42,048 nucleotides of DNA from Planctomycetota bacterium (GCA_965223845.1 CBDCXR010000003.1:1-42048), one strand, 5' to 3'. Numbered from the stretch's first letter, positions 9,614 through 18,938 are shown. Notes: a model not told the origin generated them from the sequence alone. Translations and numbers: made by a program.

Positions 9614-10036
9614 ATGTCCACCTTCGTCGACCCGCTCGTTCAGCTCGACGTGCCCCGTCGCATCAAATACACGGCGGGAGCGCAAGTGAAGCTCGAGGAG
9701 TACCTCGGCAAGAGCATTCCGACCTTCATGCGCACAGGGCGAGACATCGGCCTGCGCGAGATCACGGCTCTCGTTCGAGCTGGCGTGATGCACGAAACCG
9801 GCGAGCTGTCGGCTGACCAGATCGCGATCATCATCGAACGCGGCTCGAAGAATGGCGAAACGTTCATGGCGACGTGTCTTCGCCTCCTTCCCGATTGCAT
9901 GAGAGCGCTCGTCTACGCGATCGGCGGCGACAAGAAGGAGGCGGACAGCATCGTCTCGGACCCTACGGACGTGATCGACACGGAAGCGATCGAGGGTGGG
10001 ACTGGGGAGAGTACGAGCGACTCGGATTCGCCTTAG
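9614..10036 (+). CDS. Tail assembly chaperone (gpG-like)
   Basis: Lies between tail tube and tape measure; AGGAG RBS; acidic tail. Confidence 0.75.
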   Translation: MSTFVDPLVQLDVPRRIKYTAGAQVKLEEYLGKSIPTFMRTGRDIGLREITALVRAGVMHETGELSADQIAIIIERGSKNGETFMATCLRLLPDCMRALVYAIGGDKKEADSIVSDPTDVIDTEAIEGGTGESTSDSDSP

Positions 10037-10359
10037 GTCTCCTTCCGGACCAAATCTGGAGCATGACGCAGCGAGAGATGAATGTTCTCGCGAGCGTGCG
10101 CCGCAAGGAGGAGGAAGAGAGCAGACGGCGGCAGCGATTCGAAACCGCGATCGTCTGCACGCACCTCATCAACACGGCGTTCGGTAGCAAAGGTCGGGCG
10201 CGAGTTGAAGTGGTGTACCGCGGCATGGAGGGCGTCGAGCCGCCGTCGACGAAGTCGGCGCGTCAGATGATGCGCTACTCGGGGTCAATGGTGAGTCAGC
10301 TCCAGCAGCACGCGAAGCACCTGGAGGAGTCAGCTCGGTCTAATGGCAGTAGTCGCTAA
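9994..10359 (+). CDS. Tail assembly chaperone, gpT-like -1 frame (5' limit approximate)
   Basis: The -1 frame reads WDWGEYERLGFALGLLPDQIWSMTQRE, the LGLxPxxxWxMT pattern of gpT-like regions. Confidence 0.7.
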   Translation, partial: GWDWGEYERLGFALGLLPDQIWSMTQREMNVLASVRRKEEEESRRRQRFETAIVCTHLINTAFGSKGRARVEVVYRGMEGVEPPSTKSARQMMRYSGSMVSQLQQHAKHLEESARSNGSSR

Positions 10360-12907
10360 CCTTCTCGCGACTCTCGGACTCGACCCGAGGGATTTCGACA
10401 AAAACCTCTCCGCCGCCGAGAAGCGCCTCAACAAAGCGACGGCCAAGATGGCGGAGATCGGCCGCGATCTGTCGGCAAAAGTTACGCTGCCGATCGTCGC
10501 CGTCGGTGGCGCAAGTCTAAAGGCGTTTTCTTCGTTCGACGACGCCATGACGCAGTCGACTGCGATCATGAACGTGACGTCTGACCAACTCGAGCGGATG
10601 GAGTCCGTCGCTCGAAAGACGGCGAAGGAAATCGTCGGCGGCGGCAACGCCGCGGCGCGAGCCGCACAGGGGTACTTTTTTCTCGCGTCCGCTGGGTTCG
10701 ACGCTGAGCAGTCGATGGCGGCCCTTCCGCAGGTCGCTCGATTCGCGAAGGCGGGGATGTTCGACCTCGCGACGGCGACCGACCTCTCTACCGATGCCCA
10801 GAGCGCACTTGGCCTGACGTCCAAGGACTCGCAAGAGAACCTCGAGAACCTCACGCGCGTGACGGATGTTCTCGTCGCGGCGAACAAGGCGGCGAACGCT
10901 TCCGTGCAACAGTTCGCGACATCCTTGACCACCGAGGCGGCTGCTGCGGCTCGTAACTACAACGTCTCGCTCGAAGAGACTGTAGCCGTACTCGCCGCTT
11001 TTGCGACGCAGGGAGTCAAGGGAGAGAAGGCTGGGACGCGCTTTCGTCTCTTGCTCGACACGCTCGCCGATCTCGCGGTGAAGAACGCGGACGCGTTCGA
11101 CCAGCTTAACATTCGTGTCTTCGACCAAGAGGGGGCGTTTCGAAACCTCGCCGACATCATCGAGGATTTCGAGAAGGCTCTTTCGGGCGCGGAAGCGGCG
11201 GAGAAGTCGCTCGCGTTCCAGCAGCTCGACCTCGCGATCAAGACACGCTCGTCGGTGTCGTCTCTCATCGGATTCTCGGACGAGATCCGAAATTGGGAAC
11301 AGAGTCTGAAGCTCGCCGGCGGCACGACGAAGCGCGTATCGGATGATCAGCTCGCGAGCTTCTCTCAGCAGATGGGACTTCTACGCGCGCGCATCGCCGA
11401 CGTCGGAATCGAGCTCGGATCAAAACTCGCACCGATCCTTCTGGATTTAGTCCCCGTCTTCTCTTCCATTCTGGAGCGGGTCGTCGGCCTCGTTGGTGCG
11501 TTCGGCGAACTGGATCCGCTGACGCAAAAGATCTCGATCTCGGTCGTGGGGCTCACCGCTGCCGCGGGTCCGTTTCTGCTGGCGCTTGCCGGCATGCTCA
11601 AGCTTTTCGCATCACTCAAGACATCGGTACCGATTCTCGCCAAGTTTCTCGGTGGTCCGCTGTCTATCGGGATCGGAGTCGCCACGGCCGCGATCACTAA
11701 GCAGTCGCGCGAGCTCGCCAAGCACAATCGAGAGCTCGAGCGATTGCAGCGGAAGATCGAAGGGGTTCAATCGCTCGCGCGCAAGACTGCCCAGGAGGAA
11801 CTCAGCAAAGTCAACTCTCAGCTCGCCGAGCTGAACCGGAAATACGAGAAACTCCTGAGGGTTAGAGACAGTCTTGCAAACACTCGCACCACCGGCGCGG
11901 GATCCGGCGCAATTTTCTCGTCACTCCAAGACGCGCAGCGGGAACTGGACCTGCTTAGAAAGCAGATCCTCGCAGTTGAGGATCTGAAAAAGGCCCTCCG
12001 CGGCGCTGCGTTCCCATCCCCGTTTGGTGCGGGTGGGTCGCTGAGCAAAGAGCGACGTCGAGGCGGACAAAAACCCGGAGGAGCTGGCGGTGGAGCAGAC
12101 AATGGCGGAGAAACGTCGGCGGTATCTTCTACGGCCGCAGGGCCAGGTCTCGGATTCTTCGGCGGCGAGGCGGCGATCGCGGCACTCCAGCAAGCGCGCG
12201 ACGAGTTCAACCGGCTCTCAGATGTTCAGCGTCAGTTCTCGGCCGAGTCGACCGCGATCTGGGACGAATGGCAAGTTCGCGCCGTTGACGTCTTCGCGAA
12301 TTTCAAGATCGCGGCTTTCGACGCGTTCCAGGGCCTGACTTCTGGAATCGGTCAGGCCTTCGCAAGCGCCGTTGTGTTCGGTGAGAACTTCGAAGAGTCG
12401 ATGAAGCAGATGTGGAAGCAGGTCGCTGCGCAGGCGATCGCTACGTTCACACAGATCGTCATCGAATGGGGCTTGGCGCTGCTCCTCCAGAACGTGCTCG
12501 GCACCAAAGCTCACGCGACGCGGATGTTCCAGGCTGCCCAGCTCGTCTACATGAACGCGTTCGCGGCGACTGCCGCGATTCCGATCATCGGTCCGTTTAT
12601 AGCACCTGGGGTCGCCGCGAGTTCTACCGCCGCGGCAGTCGCCGGGAGCGTGGCTGCGGGCGGCATCGGAGGAGCTGCCGGAGCTGCGTCGGGTGTTGTT
12701 GGGCTGGACACCGGCGGCATGCTCACGAGCGACGGAATCGCAATGCTCCACGAGGGCGAAGTCGTCGCGACACCAGACGAGGTCAAGACCGCGCTTGAAG
12801 GTGGATCGGGCCGAGGTATGGATTTCTCGCTCCACATCGACGGACGACGAGTCGCACGTGCGATCCTGCCACACCTCGTCAACGAACTTCGGCTGCGGGG
12901 GGTGTGA
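10343..12907 (+). CDS. Tape measure protein (TP901 core)
   Basis: 854 aa, Ala-rich and helical, with FLASAGF and GVKGEKAGT motifs. Confidence 0.95.
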   Translation: MAVVANLLATLGLDPRDFDKNLSAAEKRLNKATAKMAEIGRDLSAKVTLPIVAVGGASLKAFSSFDDAMTQSTAIMNVTSDQLERMESVARKTAKEIVGGGNAAARAAQGYFFLASAGFDAEQSMAALPQVARFAKAGMFDLATATDLSTDAQSALGLTSKDSQENLENLTRVTDVLVAANKAANASVQQFATSLTTEAAAAARNYNVSLEETVAVLAAFATQGVKGEKAGTRFRLLLDTLADLAVKNADAFDQLNIRVFDQEGAFRNLADIIEDFEKALSGAEAAEKSLAFQQLDLAIKTRSSVSSLIGFSDEIRNWEQSLKLAGGTTKRVSDDQLASFSQQMGLLRARIADVGIELGSKLAPILLDLVPVFSSILERVVGLVGAFGELDPLTQKISISVVGLTAAAGPFLLALAGMLKLFASLKTSVPILAKFLGGPLSIGIGVATAAITKQSRELAKHNRELERLQRKIEGVQSLARKTAQEELSKVNSQLAELNRKYEKLLRVRDSLANTRTTGAGSGAIFSSLQDAQRELDLLRKQILAVEDLKKALRGAAFPSPFGAGGSLSKERRRGGQKPGGAGGGADNGGETSAVSSTAAGPGLGFFGGEAAIAALQQARDEFNRLSDVQRQFSAESTAIWDEWQVRAVDVFANFKIAAFDAFQGLTSGIGQAFASAVVFGENFEESMKQMWKQVAAQAIATFTQIVIEWGLALLLQNVLGTKAHATRMFQAAQLVYMNAFAATAAIPIIGPFIAPGVAASSTAAAVAGSVAAGGIGGAAGAASGVVGLDTGGMLTSDGIAMLHEGEVVATPDEVKTALEGGSGRGMDFSLHIDGRRVARAILPHLVNELRLRGV

Positions 12908-14445
12908 TGTCGGTAACGGTGACGATCAACGGAGTCGACGTAACGTCTCGCGTGTTCGGCGGCGCTGAGTCGCGCGACGTCAGCATCAGCGAGACGCTGA
13001 ACGGCGTTGGAACGTGCGAGTTTCGCCTGATCGAGCCGGAGGGAGCGGGCAATCCAGCGCTCTCGGTCGAGCTCGGACACGAGGTGATCTTCGACCACAC
13101 GGTCGGTCGAATCTTCGGCGGGCACATCGAGGAGATTCGCACGGTCAACGTCGGGGTTACGGACGTCCTTACCTACGAGGTCGTGTGCCGAGACTACTCT
13201 GCGGCGGCTGAGCGCAAAGTCGTTCCGCGCGTGTTCGAAGACCCCGCGGATCCGCCGACGCAGACCGCCGGCGATATCGTTACGAAACTGCACTCGGAGT
13301 TTCTCGCGTCAGACGGGATCACGCTCGGTGACGTCGAGTCCGGACCTGTAATCGACCGCGCGATTTTCAATTTCGTAACGGTCGCCGATGCGCTGAATCA
13401 GATATCAGAGCTCACCGGCGGAGCCTACGTTTGGCGCATCGGACACGACAGGGCGCTCTCGTTCACGCAGCGCACGTTCTACGCCGCGCCGTTCGAGATC
13501 TCAGACGCGCAACTCGACTTTCAGGAAGCAGCCCGAGTTCGGTCGCTCTCGACTTACCGCAACAGACAATACCTCCGCGGAGGAACGGACGAAAGCGACG
13601 AGACGACCGAGCGGTTTCTCGGCGACGGTGACACGCGGGACTTCGAGATGCGCTTCCCCGTGAGCGAGAAGCCGCGCATCTGGGTCAACGGATTCGAGGT
13701 CCCGCCGGCCAGTGTCGTAGCGCGCGGCGACAGCGACGACGACTCTCCATGGGTCTGGGACGAGGGGCAGATCCGGGTCACGGCGAAGGACGCTCCGGAG
13801 GACGGCGCGCAGGTCGCAATCTCGTACCGCGGTCAGTTCCCCGTGATGGTGCTTCGCGAGGACTCGAGCGGAATCGCAGCGCGCGCGGCTGTCGAAGGAG
13901 GTGACGGCGTCTACGAGAGCGTCGATTCGGCGAGCGAGCAAGACACCGGAGACGACGCGCGCGAGCTCGCCGACAAGCTGCTCGAGAAGTATTCGAGCAT
14001 CCCCGAGAGGATCGAATACACGACGCAGAAGCAAGGGCAGCTTCGAGCCGGCCAGCTTCAAACGGTGAACCTGACGGGACTCAGCGTGAACGCGCAGTAC
14101 CTCATCGAGAGTCTCGAGATTGTCGTCGAGGCGGATCTCGCGGTCTACACCGCGAACCTCACGACCGGGCGCGACGTCGCTGAGTGGCTGCTCTTCTGGA
14201 AGGAGAAGGTCCGCAATCCGCGGGTGTTCTCTCTCGACGCCTCGGGGGGCCTCCTCATTCCGATCACCGAGAAGGAACAGGTGCAGGTCTCGGACTCGTT
14301 CAGCGCACCGCAGTCGAACTCTCTCTCCCCGTGGGAGGACGACCCGTACACGGTGATGCTCGTCGGCACGGAGTCATCGATCGCGAAGGTACTCCCCGAC
14401 GGCTCGGTCGACGGCCCACGAATCGGAGACGCGTTCCACCCATGA
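12907..14445 (+). CDS. Tail tip / baseplate hub-like protein
   Basis: Follows tape measure; acidic and beta-rich; YRNRQY and LRAGQLQTV motifs. Confidence 0.75.
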   Translation: MSVTVTINGVDVTSRVFGGAESRDVSISETLNGVGTCEFRLIEPEGAGNPALSVELGHEVIFDHTVGRIFGGHIEEIRTVNVGVTDVLTYEVVCRDYSAAAERKVVPRVFEDPADPPTQTAGDIVTKLHSEFLASDGITLGDVESGPVIDRAIFNFVTVADALNQISELTGGAYVWRIGHDRALSFTQRTFYAAPFEISDAQLDFQEAARVRSLSTYRNRQYLRGGTDESDETTERFLGDGDTRDFEMRFPVSEKPRIWVNGFEVPPASVVARGDSDDDSPWVWDEGQIRVTAKDAPEDGAQVAISYRGQFPVMVLREDSSGIAARAAVEGGDGVYESVDSASEQDTGDDARELADKLLEKYSSIPERIEYTTQKQGQLRAGQLQTVNLTGLSVNAQYLIESLEIVVEADLAVYTANLTTGRDVAEWLLFWKEKVRNPRVFSLDASGGLLIPITEKEQVQVSDSFSAPQSNSLSPWEDDPYTVMLVGTESSIAKVLPDGSVDGPRIGDAFHP

Positions 14446-14909
14446 GCACAGCACAGGCAATCATCCGATCGAACGTCGAGTTCACGATCCGCGACGTGCG
14501 GAGCGGGCTCGAGCGATGCGTGCGTTCGCGGAATCTCGTCACGACATCGGGGCTCCAGCTCATCCGTGACCTCATTGGCGGTACGGGTCTGCGCCCGTCT
14601 CACGTCGGACTCGGAACGGACAACACCGCTCCGGCAGCCACGGACACGGCGCTCGGTTCAGAGCAATACCGCGCCGAGGTCACGCGGCGCGATCCGTCGT
14701 CGAACTCAATCCAGTTCCAACTCTACGTCCCGACGTCGGAGGGCAACGGGCACACGTACGAGGAAGCCGCGCTTCTTCAGACGGGACTCCAGAACGGGAG
14801 TCCCGGTGATCCTGCGACTCTGCTCGCACGAACGACGTTCTCCCCGATCCTCAAGACCGCGAGCGTCGAGATCACGGCGCTTTGGTCGATCACACTCGCA
14901 GCAGTTTAG
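14442..14909 (+). CDS. Minor tail protein (fibre N-terminal / collar-like)
   Basis: NLVTTSG...HVGLGTDNTAPAATDTALGSE pattern; ATGA coupling. Confidence 0.75.
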   Translation: MSTAQAIIRSNVEFTIRDVRSGLERCVRSRNLVTTSGLQLIRDLIGGTGLRPSHVGLGTDNTAPAATDTALGSEQYRAEVTRRDPSSNSIQFQLYVPTSEGNGHTYEEAALLQTGLQNGSPGDPATLLARTTFSPILKTASVEITALWSITLAAV

Positions 14910-14918
14910 GCACGCGAC

Positions 14919-16001
14919 ATGGCAGCCATCGTATTTCCGAGTCAGAACGACGTCGGCACGACGCCGGGTGACGGACGACTTCCCACGGAAGCGAACCTCT
15001 CCAAGTGGAAAAAAGCCGGTACCCCGCTTCGCTACACGTTCGCCGCCGGCGTGCCGATCCAATCGCAAGGCGGTGTGGTCGCTGGCTTCGAGGATCTCGG
15101 TTCGACGGGTCTTAGCCAGGACGTCGCGAACGGCATCGCGGAGATCCAAGGGCATCGCGTCGAAACGGACGCGACGGAAACTCTCGCGCTCACCGACGAC
15201 ACGTTTAACCACGTCTATCTCAAGCTCGTGAAGACGAGCGGTCTCGTCACCGACGCAGAGTTCCACATCAACACCGGCTCGACGCTCTACACGATCGGCA
15301 CGCCGCCGGCAGACTCGATCCTGCTTTGGTCGTTTCAGACGGTCTCGGGTGGCGTCTCGAATGCGTTCAACTGGATGCAGGCGATCAACGGAACCGTGAC
15401 GGGTCACTACGCTGGCGACGGAACGAACAGCCGTCTCATCAATCTCGGGTACCGGCCGAAGCTCGTCTACGTCGCGAAGCGACAGTCGCCCTTCATCGCC
15501 GCGTGGTCGGACATCTCCGTTCCGATTCCGAGTGGCGTTCACGGAGGCATGGCCGTCTGCCAGCCCACCTCGCCGTTCTGGGCGCAGGCAGCGATGACCA
15601 ACGACGAGCACACCGTGCCGTCTCTCGACGCTTCGGGATTTCTCGTTTCGGGCGCAGGCCCGCCGCAGACCGAGTTCATTTGGCACAACGAGGGCTCGAT
15701 CACGCACAACCCGACTTCGATCCTCTCTCAAGCCAGTTGGAACGTGAACGTAGCAGTGTCCGGAGCTGCTGTCGGCGACTACGTCGATGTGAGTTTCACG
15801 GAGGATCTCGGCGATGAGGTCGTGCTCAAGGGATGGGTCGACGCGACTGACAACGTGCGCGTCGTAGCGGTGAACGCAGGTAGCGCCGCGTCTCCGAATC
15901 CTGCCGAAGGAACGCTTCGCGCGAAGGTTTCTCGCATGACTACGGAGCAGTGCTCCCTCAACGATAACGGCGCCGACTACTTGTTCGTCGCGATTAGCTA
16001 A
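14919..16001 (+). CDS. Tail fibre / receptor-binding protein
   Basis: Last gene of the tail module; YAGDG...LGYRPK and VSGAAVGDYV beta-domain patterns. Confidence 0.7.
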   Translation: MAAIVFPSQNDVGTTPGDGRLPTEANLSKWKKAGTPLRYTFAAGVPIQSQGGVVAGFEDLGSTGLSQDVANGIAEIQGHRVETDATETLALTDDTFNHVYLKLVKTSGLVTDAEFHINTGSTLYTIGTPPADSILLWSFQTVSGGVSNAFNWMQAINGTVTGHYAGDGTNSRLINLGYRPKLVYVAKRQSPFIAAWSDISVPIPSGVHGGMAVCQPTSPFWAQAAMTNDEHTVPSLDASGFLVSGAGPPQTEFIWHNEGSITHNPTSILSQASWNVNVAVSGAAVGDYVDVSFTEDLGDEVVLKGWVDATDNVRVVAVNAGSAASPNPAEGTLRAKVSRMTTEQCSLNDNGADYLFVAIS

Positions 16002-16013
16002 ACGGGGAAAGCC

Positions 16014-16277
16014 GTGGTGGAGAAAAAGCCGTCAACGCTCTCGAGAGAAACGCTCATGCCGATCGGAGCCGTGGTCGCGGTATGTGCCGCGTTTCTCTCG
16101 GGTGCGCTCTGGATCAATTCCAAACTCGGCGAACTGTCGTGGGAGGTGCGATCTCTCAAGTCCGAGGTGGCGAACATCAAGTCTCGCGAGGCGCCGACGA
16201 CTCAGGAGATCCAGCTCTGGATCCGGCTCTTTGCGGCGCAGAACCCAGACGTTTCGATTCCGCAGTTTCCGCAGTGA
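16014..16277 (+). CDS. Single-TM protein with coiled coil, holin-like position
   Basis: TM segment IGAVVAVCAAFLSGALWI; sits after the tail genes. Confidence 0.6.
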   Translation: MVEKKPSTLSRETLMPIGAVVAVCAAFLSGALWINSKLGELSWEVRSLKSEVANIKSREAPTTQEIQLWIRLFAAQNPDVSIPQFPQ

Positions 16278-16873
16278 CCTCCTACGCCGAACTACGTCCG
16301 CATCTCCGTACCGGCGACGCCGTGCTCTTCTCCGGCGCGGGGAAACTCTCGGGCTGGATCAAAAGATTCACGCGCTCGAAATTTTCGCACGTCGGCATGG
16401 TCGTCGTGCAGGCCGGCGAGGTCATGCTCTGGGAGTCGACGACGCTTTCGAACCTACGCGACGTCCATCTCCGCAAGCGGGTCAAGGGTCCGCAGACGGT
16501 GTACCTTTCGCAGCGGCTCGAGACGTACCCGGGGCGCGTGTACTGGCGGCCGCTCACCGACAACGCGAGCGACGCCAGGCGGCTCGAGGTGTTCCACTCG
16601 TTTCGGCGTGAGCTCCAGGGGCGGCCGTACGAGCGATCGCGCTGGGAGATGCTGCGCGCCGCGTGGGACTGGGGCCGCGGTCAGCGGCCGGATCTCTCGA
16701 GCGTGTTTTGCTCGGAGGGCGTCGCCGAGTACTTGCAGCGGCTCGGCGCTATCGATCGCGAGATCAGCGCTAACGAGTACGTGCCCGCCGACTTCGCGCC
16801 GAGCGCGGCGAGCGACGAGGGGCTGGTGCTGCACGCGTGCTACGCGGAGGAGCTTGTGGAGATTGCCGCGTGA
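16274..16873 (+). CDS. Permuted papain-like NlpC/P60 enzyme (YiiX/YebB type)
   Basis: RTGDAVLF, SHVG (His before Cys), GRPY and FCSEGVA motifs; GTGA coupling. Confidence 0.85.
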   Translation: MTSYAELRPHLRTGDAVLFSGAGKLSGWIKRFTRSKFSHVGMVVVQAGEVMLWESTTLSNLRDVHLRKRVKGPQTVYLSQRLETYPGRVYWRPLTDNASDARRLEVFHSFRRELQGRPYERSRWEMLRAAWDWGRGQRPDLSSVFCSEGVAEYLQRLGAIDREISANEYVPADFAPSAASDEGLVLHACYAEELVEIAA

Positions 16874-17244
16874 ACTCGCTGTGCCTCAACGCGTCGTACC
16901 TCGAAATGTTTCTTCGGCTCGAGGGTCTCGAGGACGACTGGGACGGCTACGGCACCGCTGCCCCGAGCGACGAGGCCATCCGAAAGGCGAAGCGGTGCGT
17001 GTGCGAACTCGCTCGGCTGGGGAGATTCCCCAGCAAAATCGGAGCATCGGCCGAGGGTGGAGTCGGCATCGTGTTCCGGACCGGCATAGGTCGATACGCA
17101 GAAATCGAGGTCTTCAACGACGGCGCGGCGATCGCGTGCGCCGTGAATGGAAGAGACGACCCAGACCCGGCCATCTGGGACGTTGACCTCGAAGACCTCA
17201 AGCCGACCGCCGAGCGGATTCGGGCGTTCATTGACGCCGAGTGA
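16870..17244 (+). CDS. Hypothetical protein with DWDGYG motif
   Basis: GTGA coupling; LEDDWDGYGTAAPS and EGGV motifs. Confidence 0.7.
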   Translation: MNSLCLNASYLEMFLRLEGLEDDWDGYGTAAPSDEAIRKAKRCVCELARLGRFPSKIGASAEGGVGIVFRTGIGRYAEIEVFNDGAAIACAVNGRDDPDPAIWDVDLEDLKPTAERIRAFIDAE

Positions 17245-17385
17245 AAGCGGCCCCGTCGCGCAACCTATTTCACAGAAGCGGCTTGCGAGACTTTCCTGGG
17301 TTTCGTGCTCATTTTTTGCCACGGTTTTTTCCGGCGGGCAGGGCCTCCCGCCGCTCGAGCTCGCGCCGAACGGGGCGGGAGCCGC

Positions 17386-17511
17386 TCAAGGCGATGCACG
17401 ATATCCTCGGAGGATGAACGTTCGGATGCGAGTGGCGGTCGGCTCGAACTGGGCGAGCATCGCGATCTCCGGCTTTAGGGTCGACCACCACTGCGGAGGC
17501 AGCTCGCTCAT
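17386..17511 (-). CDS. Small hypothetical protein (41 aa)
   Basis: ATGA-coupled to the RHH gene; MSELPPQWWSTLKPE... Confidence 0.5.
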   Translation of the reverse strand: MSELPPQWWSTLKPEIAMLAQFEPTATRIRTFILRGYRASP

Positions 17512-17690
17512 CCTCTTGCTCCCTCCCTCCGCTCGAGCTCCCGGCGGATCGCCGTTTCGACAAAATCGGTGAGCCGCTCTCCGTCCCGCATGGCGCGCTC
17601 CATCCTCTCGCGCATCTCGATGGTCACCCTGACGCCGACGTGCTCCGTGCGCGGGTTTTTTGCGGGCGGTCGTCCGGCGGCGCGCGTCAT
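17508..17690 (-). CDS. Ribbon-helix-helix DNA-binding protein
   Basis: GRPP...HVGVRVTIEMRERMERA...LTDFVETAIRRELERR. Confidence 0.85.
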   Translation of the reverse strand: MTRAAGRPPAKNPRTEHVGVRVTIEMRERMERAMRDGERLTDFVETAIRRELERREGARG

Positions 17691-17896
17691 GACCATCCCT
17701 CGGCGTTGGGGCCGCAGTCGCGGATGTGCTTGACGAGATCGGTTGCCGCCGCGATCGCCTCGTCGTCGGTGAGCCCGTGGAGATCGTGCACTGCTTTGGA
17801 GTGACCAAGCTGGAGCAGCATCTCGCGTGGCCCGTCGATCGCAACCATCTCGGCGAGATACGTTCGTGCGAACTCGAGGTTGACGGTGCCGGACAT
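17687..17896 (-). CDS. Hypothetical protein
   Basis: GGGGGA RBS; stop overlaps the RHH start. Confidence 0.6.
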   Translation of the reverse strand: MSGTVNLEFARTYLAEMVAIDGPREMLLQLGHSKAVHDLHGLTDDEAIAAATDLVKHIRDCGPNAEGWS

Positions 17897-17950
17897 CGTT
17901 TCGTCCCCCATGAGAGAGGGGCGACCCCGGAGGGCCGCCCCGTGAGTCTC

Positions 17951-18196
17951 TCAGCGATCGGCCGGGTAGAGGTCCGGACGAGCCTCGAGGCGGTCGGCGC
18001 CGTCCTCGGTGATCTCGCAGTCCCAGTGACTCTGATCGTACGGGACGCCGGTCGAGTGGACCGGACGACGGATCTCGATCAGTCCGGCAGACTCGAGGGC
18101 CTCCCACTCGCCGGGGAGGTTGTCCCGGCGGCTCGCATCCCACTCGGCCAGGCTCGCGAGCATCGTCTCGGTGATCGTCGTGTTACCCTGACTCAT
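17951..18196 (-). CDS. Hypothetical protein, possibly winged-helix-like
   Basis: GAGGAGG RBS; ALESAGLIEI...EITEDG; first gene after a consensus promoter. Confidence 0.7.
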   Translation of the reverse strand: MSQGNTTITETMLASLAEWDASRRDNLPGEWEALESAGLIEIRRPVHSTGVPYDQSHWDCEITEDGADRLEARPDLYPADR

Positions 18197-18291
18197 GGTG
18201 ACCTCCTCAGTAGGTCGCCCTGGCCCCGGGAGGTTCCCGCCTCTGCGGGGCCGTTTGCTTGGCCGGGCGCTGTGCCCGACTCACACAAGAG

Positions 18292-18329
18292 AGTATAGGC
18301 GGACTCTTGGTTTTTGTCAAACAAAAACC
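18292..18329 (-). promoter_or_regulatory. Consensus sigma70 promoter with palindromic operator over the -35
   Basis: TTGACA (18320-18315), 17 bp, TATACT (18297-18292); inverted repeat GGTTTTTGT-caa-ACAAAAACC at 18309-18329. Confidence 0.85.
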
Positions 18330-18641
18330 TCAGATCTCCCCATTCCCCTCAACTCGTTGCGCGGCCAGGTCTTCGGCCGTCGGCATCGCGGCTTTCAGGG
18401 ACTCCGAGAATCGGCGTGCGCCCTCGATCGCCTCTTCGACGGAGACGACCCCCGCGCTGGCGAGGAGTCGCATCCGGTCCTCGATCGAGCGCTCGAGCTG
18501 TGCCACGACGACGCCGAGAACGATGAATCCTGCCCAGTCCTCCGCGGTCGGCCCGGCGGGGCGGTCAACACCGCAATGCGGGCAGGTCTTGGCCCCGGTG
18601 CTTACTTCACCGTCGCACTCCCGACATTTCTTCAGGGCCAT
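18330..18641 (-). CDS. Zinc-ribbon protein with short hydrophobic segment
   Basis: MALKKCRECDGEVSTGAKTCPHCG; GGAGG RBS. Confidence 0.8.
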   Translation of the reverse strand: MALKKCRECDGEVSTGAKTCPHCGVDRPAGPTAEDWAGFIVLGVVVAQLERSIEDRMRLLASAGVVSVEEAIEGARRFSESLKAAMPTAEDLAAQRVEGNGEI

Positions 18642-18725
18642 GAAGGCGCCTCCCCGTCTACCCAACCGACGACCACCACCTACGATCTACTCACCGTAGA
18701 CGAGGCGGGGCGCCCCGGTCAATTG

Positions 18726-18938
18726 CTACTCGGCAAGCTCGCGACGAAACGCGTCGCTGTGCACGATCTTCTTATCGTCGATGAGACGATCTAGAAGCGC
18801 CGCCCAGTGCCCGACTACGACCGCCGCAGACGGGCGGAATCCGAATTCCTCCTCGTAGATCTCGACCCAGCGGGCGATCCGGCGCGCGGTGTCCGCAGAG
18901 ACGCGGATCGAGGCGGGCATGCCGTCGCGCTCAGTCAT
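18726..18938 (-). CDS. RHH-like regulator, paralog A
   Basis: SIRVSADTARRIARW; aligns by eye with 20382-20585. Confidence 0.65.
   Translation of the reverse strand: MTERDGMPASIRVSADTARRIARWVEIYEEEFGFRPSAAVVVGHWAALLDRLIDDKKIVHSDAFRRELAE

Noticed and set aside
14919-16001. Diversity-generating retroelement target
   Set aside because: No reverse transcriptase and no template/variable repeat pair seen.
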